Counted from the stretch's first letter, positions 40,221 through 49,505 are shown. The stretch is DNA of 64,000 bases from Muribaculaceae bacterium (GCA_017546805.1 JAFYRT010000028.1:742-64741); one strand, 5' to 3'. Notes: generated by a model not told the origin, from the sequence alone. Translations and numbers: made by a program.

Positions 40221-41423
40221 TTAATCACAAATTATCTTTATAGCCTCATCGTTTACTTTTACAATCAATACCCCTTTCGTGTTTGAAGGAAGGGTAATTT
40301 GGGTAGATGTTGCACCATTTGCGTTAGTTGAAGTTATAACTCTCCCCATCATGTCGTAAACCGAAATATTTGTTATCTCTTCCGAGCTTTCGATATATAA
40401 AACTCCGTTCGAGGCATATGCTTTGATGTTCTCAACATCGTTTATACTCTCCTCTATGCCTGTCACTTCGGGGGCTAAATCAATCTTGTCAAACTTATCG
40501 TTCTCAAAGCGGAACAAAACATCATTTGACATCAATATCCAAACTGCGTTTTCGTCGCAAAGGATTGCTCGTGTATCGTGGTATCCATAGCTGTTCCACC
40601 ATTTGAAATGTGCGCCATCGTATCGTAAAAGGTAGTGCGATGATGTAAACCATACATTACCCTCGTTATCTATGTCGCTTGCAAAAAAGTGGGCGGCGGG
40701 AATACTGCTGTCAGTATCGTTCCAATATTTTGTTTTTATGCCTGTGGTTGTGTTGTAATATATCAATCCTCTCTCTATGGTGTACCAAATATTGTCGTGT
40801 TCATCTATTGTTAATGAGGGTAATACGGTATTCCCTTCTGCAATGACGCTTTCGCAATAGTTGTTGCCTCTTTTGTGGCATAGTAGCGAATTGAACTCCC
40901 CGAATATCGATATCCATAAATTGCCTTTGCTGTCAAACTCCATATCCATGATATAGGCTTTTTGAGTGCTTGAGTAGTTGTCGGGAGTTGTGTGTCCTAT
41001 TTGAGTATCTTCAATCATGGGGGATATGTAGTATCCACCTGCCGATACCCATATCGAATCGTTTGTATCAAAGGCAAAAGCCAATCTCAAAAGGTCCTCC
41101 TTGTAGTAATCGAAATGGGCCTCACTCTTTTCTCCATCGAAAAAATATACTCCCTCTCCATCAACCGAATACCATACTCTGCCGCTTTTGTCTGCCTTAA
41201 TGCACTTGACAATGGAGTTTTCGTCAATTCCAAGAAGTTCATTTGCATTATAAGCCACTTTCTCTGTTTTGTCGTATCTTATAACTCCTTTGCTTGTTGC
41301 CACCCATATGTTTTTTCCGTCGTCAGCCAAACGATTGAAGTAGTTGCTTTCGTTTAATGTTTCGCCTCTTGATGTAAAGCAACACATCACTAATATTGTC
41401 AATGTCAATAACTTTGCTTTCAT
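40221..41423 (-). CDS. Stand-alone beta-propeller (two-component-regulator-propeller-like repeats) protein with T9SS C-terminal domain
   Basis: 400 aa with a signal peptide. Repeated blades include NIWVATSKGVIRYD, RVWYSVDGEGVYFFDG, NLWISIFGEF, NIWYTIERGLIYYN, NVWFTSSHYLLRYDG and AVWILMSNDVLFRF. The C-terminal 40 aa are encoded by DNA almost identical to paralog E. Confidence 0.65.
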   Translation of the reverse strand: MKAKLLTLTILVMCCFTSRGETLNESNYFNRLADDGKNIWVATSKGVIRYDKTEKVAYNANELLGIDENSIVKCIKADKSGRVWYSVDGEGVYFFDGEKSEAHFDYYKEDLLRLAFAFDTNDSIWVSAGGYYISPMIEDTQIGHTTPDNYSSTQKAYIMDMEFDSKGNLWISIFGEFNSLLCHKRGNNYCESVIAEGNTVLPSLTIDEHDNIWYTIERGLIYYNTTTGIKTKYWNDTDSSIPAAHFFASDIDNEGNVWFTSSHYLLRYDGAHFKWWNSYGYHDTRAILCDENAVWILMSNDVLFRFENDKFDKIDLAPEVTGIEESINDVENIKAYASNGVLYIESSEEITNISVYDMMGRVITSTNANGATSTQITLPSNTKGVLIVKVNDEAIKIICD

Positions 41424-41448
41424 ATCTCATCAATAAGTTAATGTTTTA

Positions 41449-41456
41449 CAAACATA
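41449..41456 (-). promoter_or_regulatory. Bacteroidota -7 box (minus strand) upstream of the array
   Basis: Plus-strand caaacata equals minus-strand tatgtttg, 26-33 nt upstream of the ATG at 41423. Confidence 0.4.
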
Positions 41457-41595
41457 GATAAAAAATGCAATGGATGCAAAAAATAGGCTTCATCTTTGGC
41501 TAAAATTCGTGAATTTTATGATTTCGCCTACCCATAACGGATATAAATTCAATATTTTTAAGTAATTAGAGTAGGTGAAATTCCCAAAAAATAAC

Positions 41596-41603
41596 TAACT
41601 TTG
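41596..41603 (+). promoter_or_regulatory. Bacteroidota -7 box, candidate metK promoter
   Basis: taactttg. It implies a ~145-nt 5' leader. Confidence 0.4.
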
Positions 41604-41756
41604 TTGCCAATAAACAACAGCTCGGCTCGAGTTGCTGTTTTTTAAAGAGAATAATGTATAACGTGGAGAGATTTGACTGCTTGCAACCACCCGAAAAAAT
41701 GCTAAAAAAGGATATTGCTGCAAGACCGAGAATTTCCCTATTAAAAAAATAAACAA
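41604..41756 (+). promoter_or_regulatory. Structured metK 5' leader; candidate SAM-responsive riboswitch (class unresolved)
   Basis: Hairpin 41612-41640 followed by T residues. Long-range ctcgg (41621-25) / ccgag (41726-30) pairing. cttgca/tgcaag helix. The elements GTGGAGAGA, GCAACC and TGCTAAAAAAGG are reminiscent of SAM riboswitch cores. I could not complete a canonical SAM-I P3. Confidence 0.3.
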
Positions 41757-43043
41757 ATGGGTTATCTATTTACATCAGAATCGGTGTCAGAGGGACATCC
41801 CGATAAAGTTGCAGATCAAATATCGGATGCGCTTCTCGATGAGTTTTTGGCTCAAGATAAAAATTCAAAAGTTGCTTGTGAGACATTGGTTACAACAGGA
41901 CAAGTTGTAATTGCGGGAGAGGTTAAATCGAATGCTTATATCGATTTGATGGATGTTGCACGTCGTGTTATCAATCGCATTGGTTATACTAAAAGTGAGT
42001 ATAACTTCGATGGCGATTCATGTGGAGTCTTCTCTGCAATTCACGAACAAAGTGCCGATATAAATCGTGGAGTTGAGCGAAGCAGCGAAATGGAACAAGG
42101 AGCTGGAGACCAAGGAATGATGTTTGGTTATGCTTCGTCGGAGACCGACAATTATATGCCTTTGTCTTTGGAGTTATCGCACAAATTGTTGATTGAGTTG
42201 GCTGCAATACGTCGAGAGGGCAAAGAGATGAAATATCTTCGCCCTGATGCAAAGAGCCAAGTTACAATTGAGTATGACGACAACAATACTCCTTTGAGAA
42301 TTGATACTATTGTGGTATCTACTCAACACGATGATTTTGTAAAACCCGGACAAACAATTACTCAAGAGCAAGCAGATACAGAGATGTTGGCTCAAATTCG
42401 TAAAGATGTTGCCGAGATTTTGATTCCTCGCGTAGTGGCTTCGTTGCCCGAAAGAATTAAGCTTTTGTTCAAAGGCGATTACAAACTTTATGTAAATCCA
42501 ACAGGAAAATTCGTAATTGGTGGTCCTCATGGAGATACAGGTTTGACAGGACGTAAAATAATTGTTGACACATACGGAGGTAAAGGTGCGCACGGAGGTG
42601 GTGCATTCTCAGGTAAAGACCCCTCAAAAGTTGACCGTTCGGCAGCATATGCAGCACGTCATATTGCAAAAAACCTTGTTGCCGCCGGCGTGGCAGATGA
42701 GGCTTTGATACAGTTGTCGTATGCAATTGGTGTTGCAGAACCTATCAGCGTATATGTAAATACTTACGGAACTGCTAAAAACGGATTGAAAGATTCTGAA
42801 ATTGCAGAAAAGGTTAACGAGATTTTCGACCTTCGCCCATATGCTATCGAAGAGCGTTTGAAATTGCGTAATCCAATTTATGAGGAGACTGCGGCATACG
42901 GACACATGGGACGAGAGCCTAAGACAATCATCAAAAAATTCTCTTCTCGTTACACTCCCGAAATTGTAAAAGAGGTGGAACTTTTCACTTGGGAGAAACT
43001 CGATTATGTAGAGAAAATCAAACAAGCATTTGATATAAAATAA
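41757..43043 (+). CDS. metK: S-adenosylmethionine synthetase
   Basis: 428 aa. Motifs [26 protein letters not shown] and [16 protein letters not shown]. Confidence 0.95.
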   Translation: MGYLFTSESVSEGHPDKVADQISDALLDEFLAQDKNSKVACETLVTTGQVVIAGEVKSNAYIDLMDVARRVINRIGYTKSEYNFDGDSCGVFSAIHEQSADINRGVERSSEMEQGAGDQGMMFGYASSETDNYMPLSLELSHKLLIELAAIRREGKEMKYLRPDAKSQVTIEYDDNNTPLRIDTIVVSTQHDDFVKPGQTITQEQADTEMLAQIRKDVAEILIPRVVASLPERIKLLFKGDYKLYVNPTGKFVIGGPHGDTGLTGRKIIVDTYGGKGAHGGGAFSGKDPSKVDRSAAYAARHIAKNLVAAGVADEALIQLSYAIGVAEPISVYVNTYGTAKNGLKDSEIAEKVNEIFDLRPYAIEERLKLRNPIYEETAAYGHMGREPKTIIKKFSSRYTPEIVKEVELFTWEKLDYVEKIKQAFDIK

Positions 43044-43096
43044 AAGCAGTGACGCAGCCTGTCGCGTCGGTAAGATAAAAGTTTTATCTTTATTAA

Positions 43097-43104
43097 TAAC
43101 TTTG
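43097..43104 (+). promoter_or_regulatory. Bacteroidota -7 box
   Basis: taactttg, 20 nt upstream of the ATG at 43124. Confidence 0.35.
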
Positions 43105-43123
43105 CTAAAGCAAAAAGAAGGAT

Positions 43124-45265
43124 ATGGATTGGAGTTTTATAACATCACAACTTCCCCTAACCAACTCGGCACTTATATTTTTTATAGTGTTGACCATTAT
43201 CCTTTTTGCTCCAATAATATTGGACCGATTGCACATTCCCCATATAATAGGATTAATCTTTTCGGGAATGTTAATCGGTCCTTATGGTTTCAATATACTC
43301 GAATACGATGCAAGTTTTGAGATATTCGGAAATGTGGGACTGCTCTACCTGATGTTCCTTGTGGGTTTGGAGATGAGTATCTCCGATTTTAACAAAAACA
43401 AGAAACGGGGTATAAGTTTTGGACTTATAACCTTTATTATCCCTCTGTCAGCAGGATTGGCGGTATCTCACTATGCGTTGAAACTGAGTTGGGTGGCATC
43501 GGCATTGCTCTCTACAATATATGCGTCGCATACACTTATATCGTTTCCGATAGTATCGCGATATGGTGTGGTAAAATCGCGTTCGGTCTCAACCGCCATT
43601 GCAGGAACTGTTATTGCTGTGGTTGTTGCATTGACAACAATGGCAGTGGCGATTGGTATTGCCGAAGGTGGAGTGGGCACTCTATATTGGATAAAATTTG
43701 CAATTGGAGTTATCCTATATGGAGCGGTTATAATATACACCTATCCTCGTATCACACGTTGGTTCTTTAAGAAATATAACGATAATGTTTCGCAGTTCAT
43801 CTTTATATTATCGTTGGTTTTTGCCGCAGCCTATTTTGCCGAATTGGTGGGCTTGGTTGGTATTATAGGTGCATTCTTTGCAGGAATTATATTGACTCGT
43901 TATATACCAGCTGTGTCTCCTCTTATGAACCGATTGGAGTTTGTGGGGAATGCCTTGTTTATTCCATACTTCCTTATAGGGGTTGGAATGATGATAAATC
44001 TACGAGGTTTCACTTCGTGGTATAGCATATATGTTGCCTTGATTATGACGGCTGTGGCAATAGCCTCAAAATGGTTGTCGGCATATGTCATGCAGAAATC
44101 GTTCAGAATGACATCTTCTGAGGGGCGTATGCTCTTTGGATTGAGTACTGCAAAGGCTGCGGCAACATTGGCGGTTGTGCTTATAGGTTATGAAATGGGA
44201 CTTTTTGACAGCACCATTCTTAACGGTGCCATTCTTATGATATTGATATCTTGTACAGTCAGCGCTTTGTTTACCGAAAGAGCCGCAAAAGAGATCGCAC
44301 TATCCTCTATGAATGACGAGGAGCCTCAAAAAACCGAGAAGTTGCCACAGAAGATATTGGTGTCGGTTTCAAACCCCATGACTGCCGAGTTGTTGGTAAA
44401 CATGGCCATGGTTATGAAAAACCCCAAAGTAAAGAATCCTCTCTATTTCTTGAATGTTGTAAATGAGGCACGCCATGATAATCCTGCTTCGGCAAAAATC
44501 TCAAGCAATCTGTTGACTCATGCATCAAAAATAGCTGCAGCTGCAGATATTCAGGTTGAGACAATAACCCGTTTTTCGATGAACGTGGCAAGTGGAATTA
44601 TACATACGATGAAGGAGAAGGGTATTTCGGAACTTCTTATAGGTATTCATCACAAAGCAAATATTGCAGACTCTTTCTTTGGTTCAACAGCCGATGCCAT
44701 ATTAAGAGGAACTAACAAAACCATATTTATTGCAAAGAGCATTATTCCTGCCAATACCCTGACTCGAATAATTGTCTATATTCCCGAGAAGGCGGAGTAT
44801 GAGACAGGTTTTGGAACTTGGGTAAGCAGAGTGGCTAATATGGCGGCGCAATTAGGTTGCAAGACGATTTTTTACGGACATCGCGATACATTGGGACAGA
44901 TAAAAGGCCGACTTATTCGTGAAAAACGAAACATCCGTGCCGAGTATCACATAATGGATAAATGGAACGATATATTGATGCTTACAGGTGTGGTTTTGGA
45001 GGACGACCTTTTTATAATTGTATCTGCGCGTCAGGCATCGGTTTCTTATACCGCCAACCTGGATAAATTGCCATCATTCCTTTCTAAATACTTTGCCAAT
45101 AATAACCTCGTGATATTATATCCCGAGCAATTTGGAGAGGTGGGTGATGTCACATATTTCAGCGATCCTCTATCAATAACCGTACATCAAAATCACGCAT
45201 ACATAAATCGCATAAAGAAATATCTGACATCTCTTTTTAAATCATCTCGAGCAGGTGAATTATAA
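43124..45265 (+). CDS. Cation:proton antiporter (CPA2/Kef-like) with a C-terminal cytoplasmic regulatory (USP-like) region
   Basis: 713 aa. The N-terminal ~390 aa are polytopic (IIGLIFSGMLIGPYGFN, LMFLVGLEM). The C-terminal ~320 aa are soluble. Confidence 0.8.
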   Translation: MDWSFITSQLPLTNSALIFFIVLTIILFAPIILDRLHIPHIIGLIFSGMLIGPYGFNILEYDASFEIFGNVGLLYLMFLVGLEMSISDFNKNKKRGISFGLITFIIPLSAGLAVSHYALKLSWVASALLSTIYASHTLISFPIVSRYGVVKSRSVSTAIAGTVIAVVVALTTMAVAIGIAEGGVGTLYWIKFAIGVILYGAVIIYTYPRITRWFFKKYNDNVSQFIFILSLVFAAAYFAELVGLVGIIGAFFAGIILTRYIPAVSPLMNRLEFVGNALFIPYFLIGVGMMINLRGFTSWYSIYVALIMTAVAIASKWLSAYVMQKSFRMTSSEGRMLFGLSTAKAAATLAVVLIGYEMGLFDSTILNGAILMILISCTVSALFTERAAKEIALSSMNDEEPQKTEKLPQKILVSVSNPMTAELLVNMAMVMKNPKVKNPLYFLNVVNEARHDNPASAKISSNLLTHASKIAAAADIQVETITRFSMNVASGIIHTMKEKGISELLIGIHHKANIADSFFGSTADAILRGTNKTIFIAKSIIPANTLTRIIVYIPEKAEYETGFGTWVSRVANMAAQLGCKTIFYGHRDTLGQIKGRLIREKRNIRAEYHIMDKWNDILMLTGVVLEDDLFIIVSARQASVSYTANLDKLPSFLSKYFANNNLVILYPEQFGEVGDVTYFSDPLSITVHQNHAYINRIKKYLTSLFKSSRAGEL

Positions 45266-45278
45266 TAATATTGAATAC

Positions 45279-48200
45279 ATGCGAGAACATATAAAATACC
45301 TTCTTATACTGCTTATTGTCTCCTCTGTTTTGCCTTTGATGGCACAAACCGGTTTTGGAGGGACTCCACCAAGCTGGAATCTGCAAAAGACAAAGATGAA
45401 GTCGGCGAATGAGTTAAAAACTCATGCTATATCAAATCCCTTTACCGTAGAGCAACTTCTCAAAGATGAGGAGGAGAGCAATGATATGCCCGAGAGGGTG
45501 GGAATAAACCTTGCAACAAAACTATCTCTTGCCGAGGACGGAGAGTGGTGTCAGTTGCCGTCAGGCGAAAAGATATGCCGTTTGAAGATAGAGTCTTCGG
45601 GAGCTTTGGCAATATCTCTTTACTACTCCAAATTTGAGATACCGCAAGGAGCAAAACTATATATCTACAACACCGATCATTCGCATTTATTGGGAGCATA
45701 TACCTTTGAGACAAACCCCGAAGGAGGGGCCTTTGCAACAGAGTTTGTTGCGGGAGACAACCTTATTTTGGAGTATGTGGCAGCCTCCTTGTCAGATATG
45801 CCACAAATTGAGTTGGAGAAGATATGTTATGGCTACAAAAATCTAAAAGTGTCATCCGATGCAAAGTTGAGTTGTATGGTAGATGTTGTGTGTAGCGAGG
45901 GGGAGGATTGGATAGATGAGAAGGATGGAGTGGTGAAGATGGTAACCACAATAGGCAACTACTCATATATGTGTACAGCCACACTTTTGAACAATACCGC
46001 GGAGGATTTCACTCCATATATTTATACTGCATTTCACTGTTTAGAGGGTGATGGCCATACGGCATCTGCTATTGACTTAAAAAAGACAATCTTCTATTTC
46101 AATTACGAAGCAACAGAGTGCGGAAGTGATAATGTAAAGGAGAGCTCATCTCTTGTGGGTTGCAATTTACTTGAAGGAAAAAGTTTGAGTAGCGATGAGG
46201 GGTTGGATCAAGCTCTTTTGTTGCTATCTTCCGAAATGCCCAAATCAATCATACCCTATTTTAATGGTTGGGACAGAGGGACAAATCCTCCGCAGACAGG
46301 AGTATCTATTCACCATCCTAAGGGTGCGGTAAAGAAAATATCAACATACATCACCCCTGCAGTAAGCGATACTTGGCCCTCGATGTCATCAGGTGGAGTA
46401 AATGCTCATTGGGTTGTAAGATTTACCCGTACGGCAAACGGATTTTCTGTAACAGAGGGAGGTTCATCCGGGTCTCCGCTATTTAATCAAGTAAAATTGG
46501 TAACCGGGTCATTGACAGGAGGAAATTCCTCTTGTTTAAATACTTTGGGTACAAATTATTATGGAAAGCTTCAACGATTTTGGACTCATGTTTCAAAGTA
46601 TCTCGACCCTGTGAATAGTGGAGCATATACACTACAAGGCAAGCGAAAGGGCGAGGTCATAGACTCCCCTAAAGGTTTAAATGCAAAACTAACAGATAAT
46701 GCCACCAAAGTTGAGTTGTCGTGGTTGCCGTTGAGTAATGCACCTACAAATTATGTGGTATATCGTAATGGCATGATAGTGGGGCATCCTGTCTCAAACA
46801 ATTTTACGGATGAGGGTATATATACAGGAAAGCACACATATCAGGTCTCGGCATATTATGCCGATGTAAAACAGGAGACCGAAAAAAGTAATCAAAGCAT
46901 AGTTGTTAAGTCTCCCGCGGTAACTCCAGAAATTGAGGAGGTTGTAAGAACTTCTGAAAACAGCATTGCTTTGAATTGGACTCTTCCGCAAAGTGAGCAG
47001 ACTATATTCTGGGGTACGGGGGAATCCAATTACAGACTGAAGGCAAACACTTCGTATCCTGTCTATTTCGGGCAGATGTGGAGCGATTCTGATTTGTCGG
47101 GATTAGCGGGCTATGTGATAAAAAGAGTTGAAACAACCTGTTTGGCAAATGTAAATTACACCCTCTATATCAGGCAGGGAACAAACATATACACACAATC
47201 CATCCCAATTTACTCGGTTGACAAAAAGGTGTCGATAACTCTTGATAAGGAGTTTGTGGTAAACGACAAAGCCCCTCTGTATTGCACATTAAGGGTTAAT
47301 AGTGGTAATGGCTACTTGGTGGCAACGGATAGTGATAAAATAGTGGAAGGAAAGGGGAATATAGTCTCTACCGATGGGTACGAATGGCATAGCTTGGATA
47401 CAAAGGGTAATATTGCCATTAAGGTCATACTCTCTCCTCCTTCTGAAGGATATAGGGGAGTTGAGACGGTCAGTGAGTTTGGCGATATGTCAGTCTATTC
47501 TTCCGTACCTGTTGCATATGTGCGTCCGGAGAGATACAGACTCTACCGCAATGAAGAACTATTGGCAACCTTGTCGGGTTTGACAAGTAAGCATATCGAC
47601 CGAAACCTCATCAAAGGAACAACCTACGAATACCGCTTGGAGGCAGAGTATAAGGATGGAGAGATTTGCTCAAGTATGCCGTATTCATTCCATTTAAGTG
47701 ATAAGGGTTTCTCTTCGCAGATAGAGGAGGTTGTGGTTAACGGAGTAAAACTAAATGAAGAACGAGGAGGAAAATTTATCTATTCGGCTTCCTGTTCAAA
47801 CGATATTGCCGAGGTTGTTGTTACAGCTAATAATAACGGAGTGATTGTTATAAATGGGGTAGAGAGTAATGAATATGTTGAGGATATATCGCATGGAGGT
47901 AAGTATATATTGCCCATTACCGTAATTTCGGAGAGCGGAGAGAGTCGAAACGAGTATGAATTGGCTATGTATAAGCTCTCTTCGGAGATATTGGTAAGGC
48001 GTTGGGATGATGTACTTGCCGTAAATAACAATCCCGATAATAATGGAGCAATGAACTTTGTCGAATACACTTGGTATCTCAATGGAGAGGAGTTGGAGGG
48101 TAACGAACCCTACATAACAATCCCGAGCGGAGTTGATACCAACGACTTTATTTCTGTAAAGGTTGTTACGGAAGAGGGGGTAGAGTTGAGAAGTTGTGAT

Positions 48201-48461
48201 ATGAACTTCGATGTAATCGATAGCAGTATATTGATATATCCGAACATTGTTGAACGAGGAGAGAAGATTACGTTAAATATAACAGCTCCTCAGTCAATAA
48301 CAGTATCAGCAACACTTTCTCATCTGTCGGGTCAGATTCAACCCTTAAATCTTATTTTGGGAGATAATATAATAACGGCTCCGCAGGTGTCAGGTACATA
48401 TATAATCAATGTTGTTCTCTCAAGCGGAACAGCAAAGAGTCTGAAATTTATTGTTAGATAA
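45279..48461 (+). CDS. Secreted S1 (chymotrypsin-fold, lysyl-endopeptidase-like) serine protease with Ig/Fn3-like repeats and T9SS C-terminal domain
   Basis: The ORF opens at GTG 45255. ATG 45279 gives signal peptide MREHIKYLLILLIVSSVLPLMAQ. Catalytic triad candidates are TAFHC (His), LDQALLLL (Asp) and GGSSGSPLF (Ser). The tail SILIYPNIVERGEKITLN...GTYIINVVLSSGTAKSLKFIVR fits the Por secretion tail pattern. Confidence 0.8.
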   Translation: MREHIKYLLILLIVSSVLPLMAQTGFGGTPPSWNLQKTKMKSANELKTHAISNPFTVEQLLKDEEESNDMPERVGINLATKLSLAEDGEWCQLPSGEKICRLKIESSGALAISLYYSKFEIPQGAKLYIYNTDHSHLLGAYTFETNPEGGAFATEFVAGDNLILEYVAASLSDMPQIELEKICYGYKNLKVSSDAKLSCMVDVVCSEGEDWIDEKDGVVKMVTTIGNYSYMCTATLLNNTAEDFTPYIYTAFHCLEGDGHTASAIDLKKTIFYFNYEATECGSDNVKESSSLVGCNLLEGKSLSSDEGLDQALLLLSSEMPKSIIPYFNGWDRGTNPPQTGVSIHHPKGAVKKISTYITPAVSDTWPSMSSGGVNAHWVVRFTRTANGFSVTEGGSSGSPLFNQVKLVTGSLTGGNSSCLNTLGTNYYGKLQRFWTHVSKYLDPVNSGAYTLQGKRKGEVIDSPKGLNAKLTDNATKVELSWLPLSNAPTNYVVYRNGMIVGHPVSNNFTDEGIYTGKHTYQVSAYYADVKQETEKSNQSIVVKSPAVTPEIEEVVRTSENSIALNWTLPQSEQTIFWGTGESNYRLKANTSYPVYFGQMWSDSDLSGLAGYVIKRVETTCLANVNYTLYIRQGTNIYTQSIPIYSVDKKVSITLDKEFVVNDKAPLYCTLRVNSGNGYLVATDSDKIVEGKGNIVSTDGYEWHSLDTKGNIAIKVILSPPSEGYRGVETVSEFGDMSVYSSVPVAYVRPERYRLYRNEELLATLSGLTSKHIDRNLIKGTTYEYRLEAEYKDGEICSSMPYSFHLSDKGFSSQIEEVVVNGVKLNEERGGKFIYSASCSNDIAEVVVTANNNGVIVINGVESNEYVEDISHGGKYILPITVISESGESRNEYELAMYKLSSEILVRRWDDVLAVNNNPDNNGAMNFVEYTWYLNGEELEGNEPYITIPSGVDTNDFISVKVVTEEGVELRSCDMNFDVIDSSILIYPNIVERGEKITLNITAPQSITVSATLSHLSGQIQPLNLILGDNIITAPQVSGTYIINVVLSSGTAKSLKFIVR

Positions 48462-48462
48462 T

Positions 48463-49326
48463 ATGAAAAGGTTATTTACATATATCGCGATTCTTATGCT
48501 CTCTGTTTCTGGGAGTGTAGCCCAAAATATTCGCAATAATATTACCTTGGAATTGACAGGTGGAGCATCGGCCTTTAACTACAAAGTCAATTTAGGTGAT
48601 TATAGAGTTATGGCAGGAACTTCTGCTGCAATAAAATATCAATATAACATCGATTGGAATTGGAGTGTTGGAATTGGTGGAGAGTTAAAATTGTACCAAT
48701 CCTCTCTAAGGTTCGACAGCTACTCGGATTCATACCAGACCGAGGCAAATTCGTTAATGTCGGGCAATGCCGATGTGATGACATTTTCTTACGCTTATAA
48801 AAACCTCGAGGAGCGTCAAAGAGCTCTCTATGTAAACGTTCCAATATATGCCCAATATAAGTTTGATAGTGGCTTTTATATAAGGGCAGGAGCCAAGTTC
48901 GGTGTTCCGGTGAAAGCGCGAAGCGAAATATATTTTGAGGAGCTTACAACCAAGGGATATTTCCCTCTTGAAAATATAACATACTCCAACTTGCCACAAC
49001 ATGGTTTCGGGGCATACTACAATACAGAGGTTGACAAGAAATACAAAATGGAGTTTAACACTTCGCTTTGTGCTGAATTGGGTTGGACATGGGAATGGAG
49101 CGAACAATATGTACTATACCTTGGTCTTCATGGCGAGTATGGATTTGGTCCGCTCTATAAACGTTCTGAATTGGCTCCCCAATTGCAATATAGAGGAGGA
49201 GAATTCGATTATACCCCGATATGGAACGCAAATGTGCAGAATGGCAATGAGAGAACGGCTGTAACAGGAGATAAGATAAGGACTTTTGCAATAGGTTTGT
49301 TGGTTCGCTATTCATTTGGTTTCTAA
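48463..49326 (+). CDS. Outer-membrane beta-barrel protein (porin/PorT-like family)
   Basis: ATG lies 1 nt after the protease stop. Signal peptide MKRLFTYIAILMLSVSGSVAQ. Alternating hydrophobic strands and a C-terminal LLVRYSFGF ending in Phe. Confidence 0.65.
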   Translation: MKRLFTYIAILMLSVSGSVAQNIRNNITLELTGGASAFNYKVNLGDYRVMAGTSAAIKYQYNIDWNWSVGIGGELKLYQSSLRFDSYSDSYQTEANSLMSGNADVMTFSYAYKNLEERQRALYVNVPIYAQYKFDSGFYIRAGAKFGVPVKARSEIYFEELTTKGYFPLENITYSNLPQHGFGAYYNTEVDKKYKMEFNTSLCAELGWTWEWSEQYVLYLGLHGEYGFGPLYKRSELAPQLQYRGGEFDYTPIWNANVQNGNERTAVTGDKIRTFAIGLLVRYSFGF

Positions 49327-49400
49327 TATGTAAACTCATACTTCAATGTAAAATTACACATGCTTCAAAAATGTAGTATGTGAATATAGATATAAGACAG

Positions 49401-49439
49401 AAAAGGTGTTGGTTTTTGTTAAAAAACGACACCTTTTTT
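49401..49439 (+). terminator. Rho-independent terminator after the OMP gene
   Basis: aaaaggtgttg / cgacacctttt is an 11-bp stem with one G-U pair and a 15-nt loop. The T run extends to 49439. Confidence 0.7.
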
Positions 49440-49463
49440 CTTGCTATTTTGTAATAAAATAAC

Positions 49464-49471
49464 TATCTTTG
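49464..49471 (+). promoter_or_regulatory. Bacteroidota -7 box, candidate gyrB promoter
   Basis: tatctttg, ~100 nt upstream of the ATG at 49572. Confidence 0.4.
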
Positions 49472-49505
49472 TATTTGTGTGTATTGTCCCTTATGTAAGG
49501 GATGA

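Noticed and set aside
41640-41735. Canonical SAM-I (S-box) riboswitch call.
   Set aside because: Several conserved-looking blocks are present, but GCAACC has no GGUGC partner for P3 and the P2/k-turn region carries an unexplained insertion. I downgraded it to a candidate SAM-responsive leader of unresolved class.
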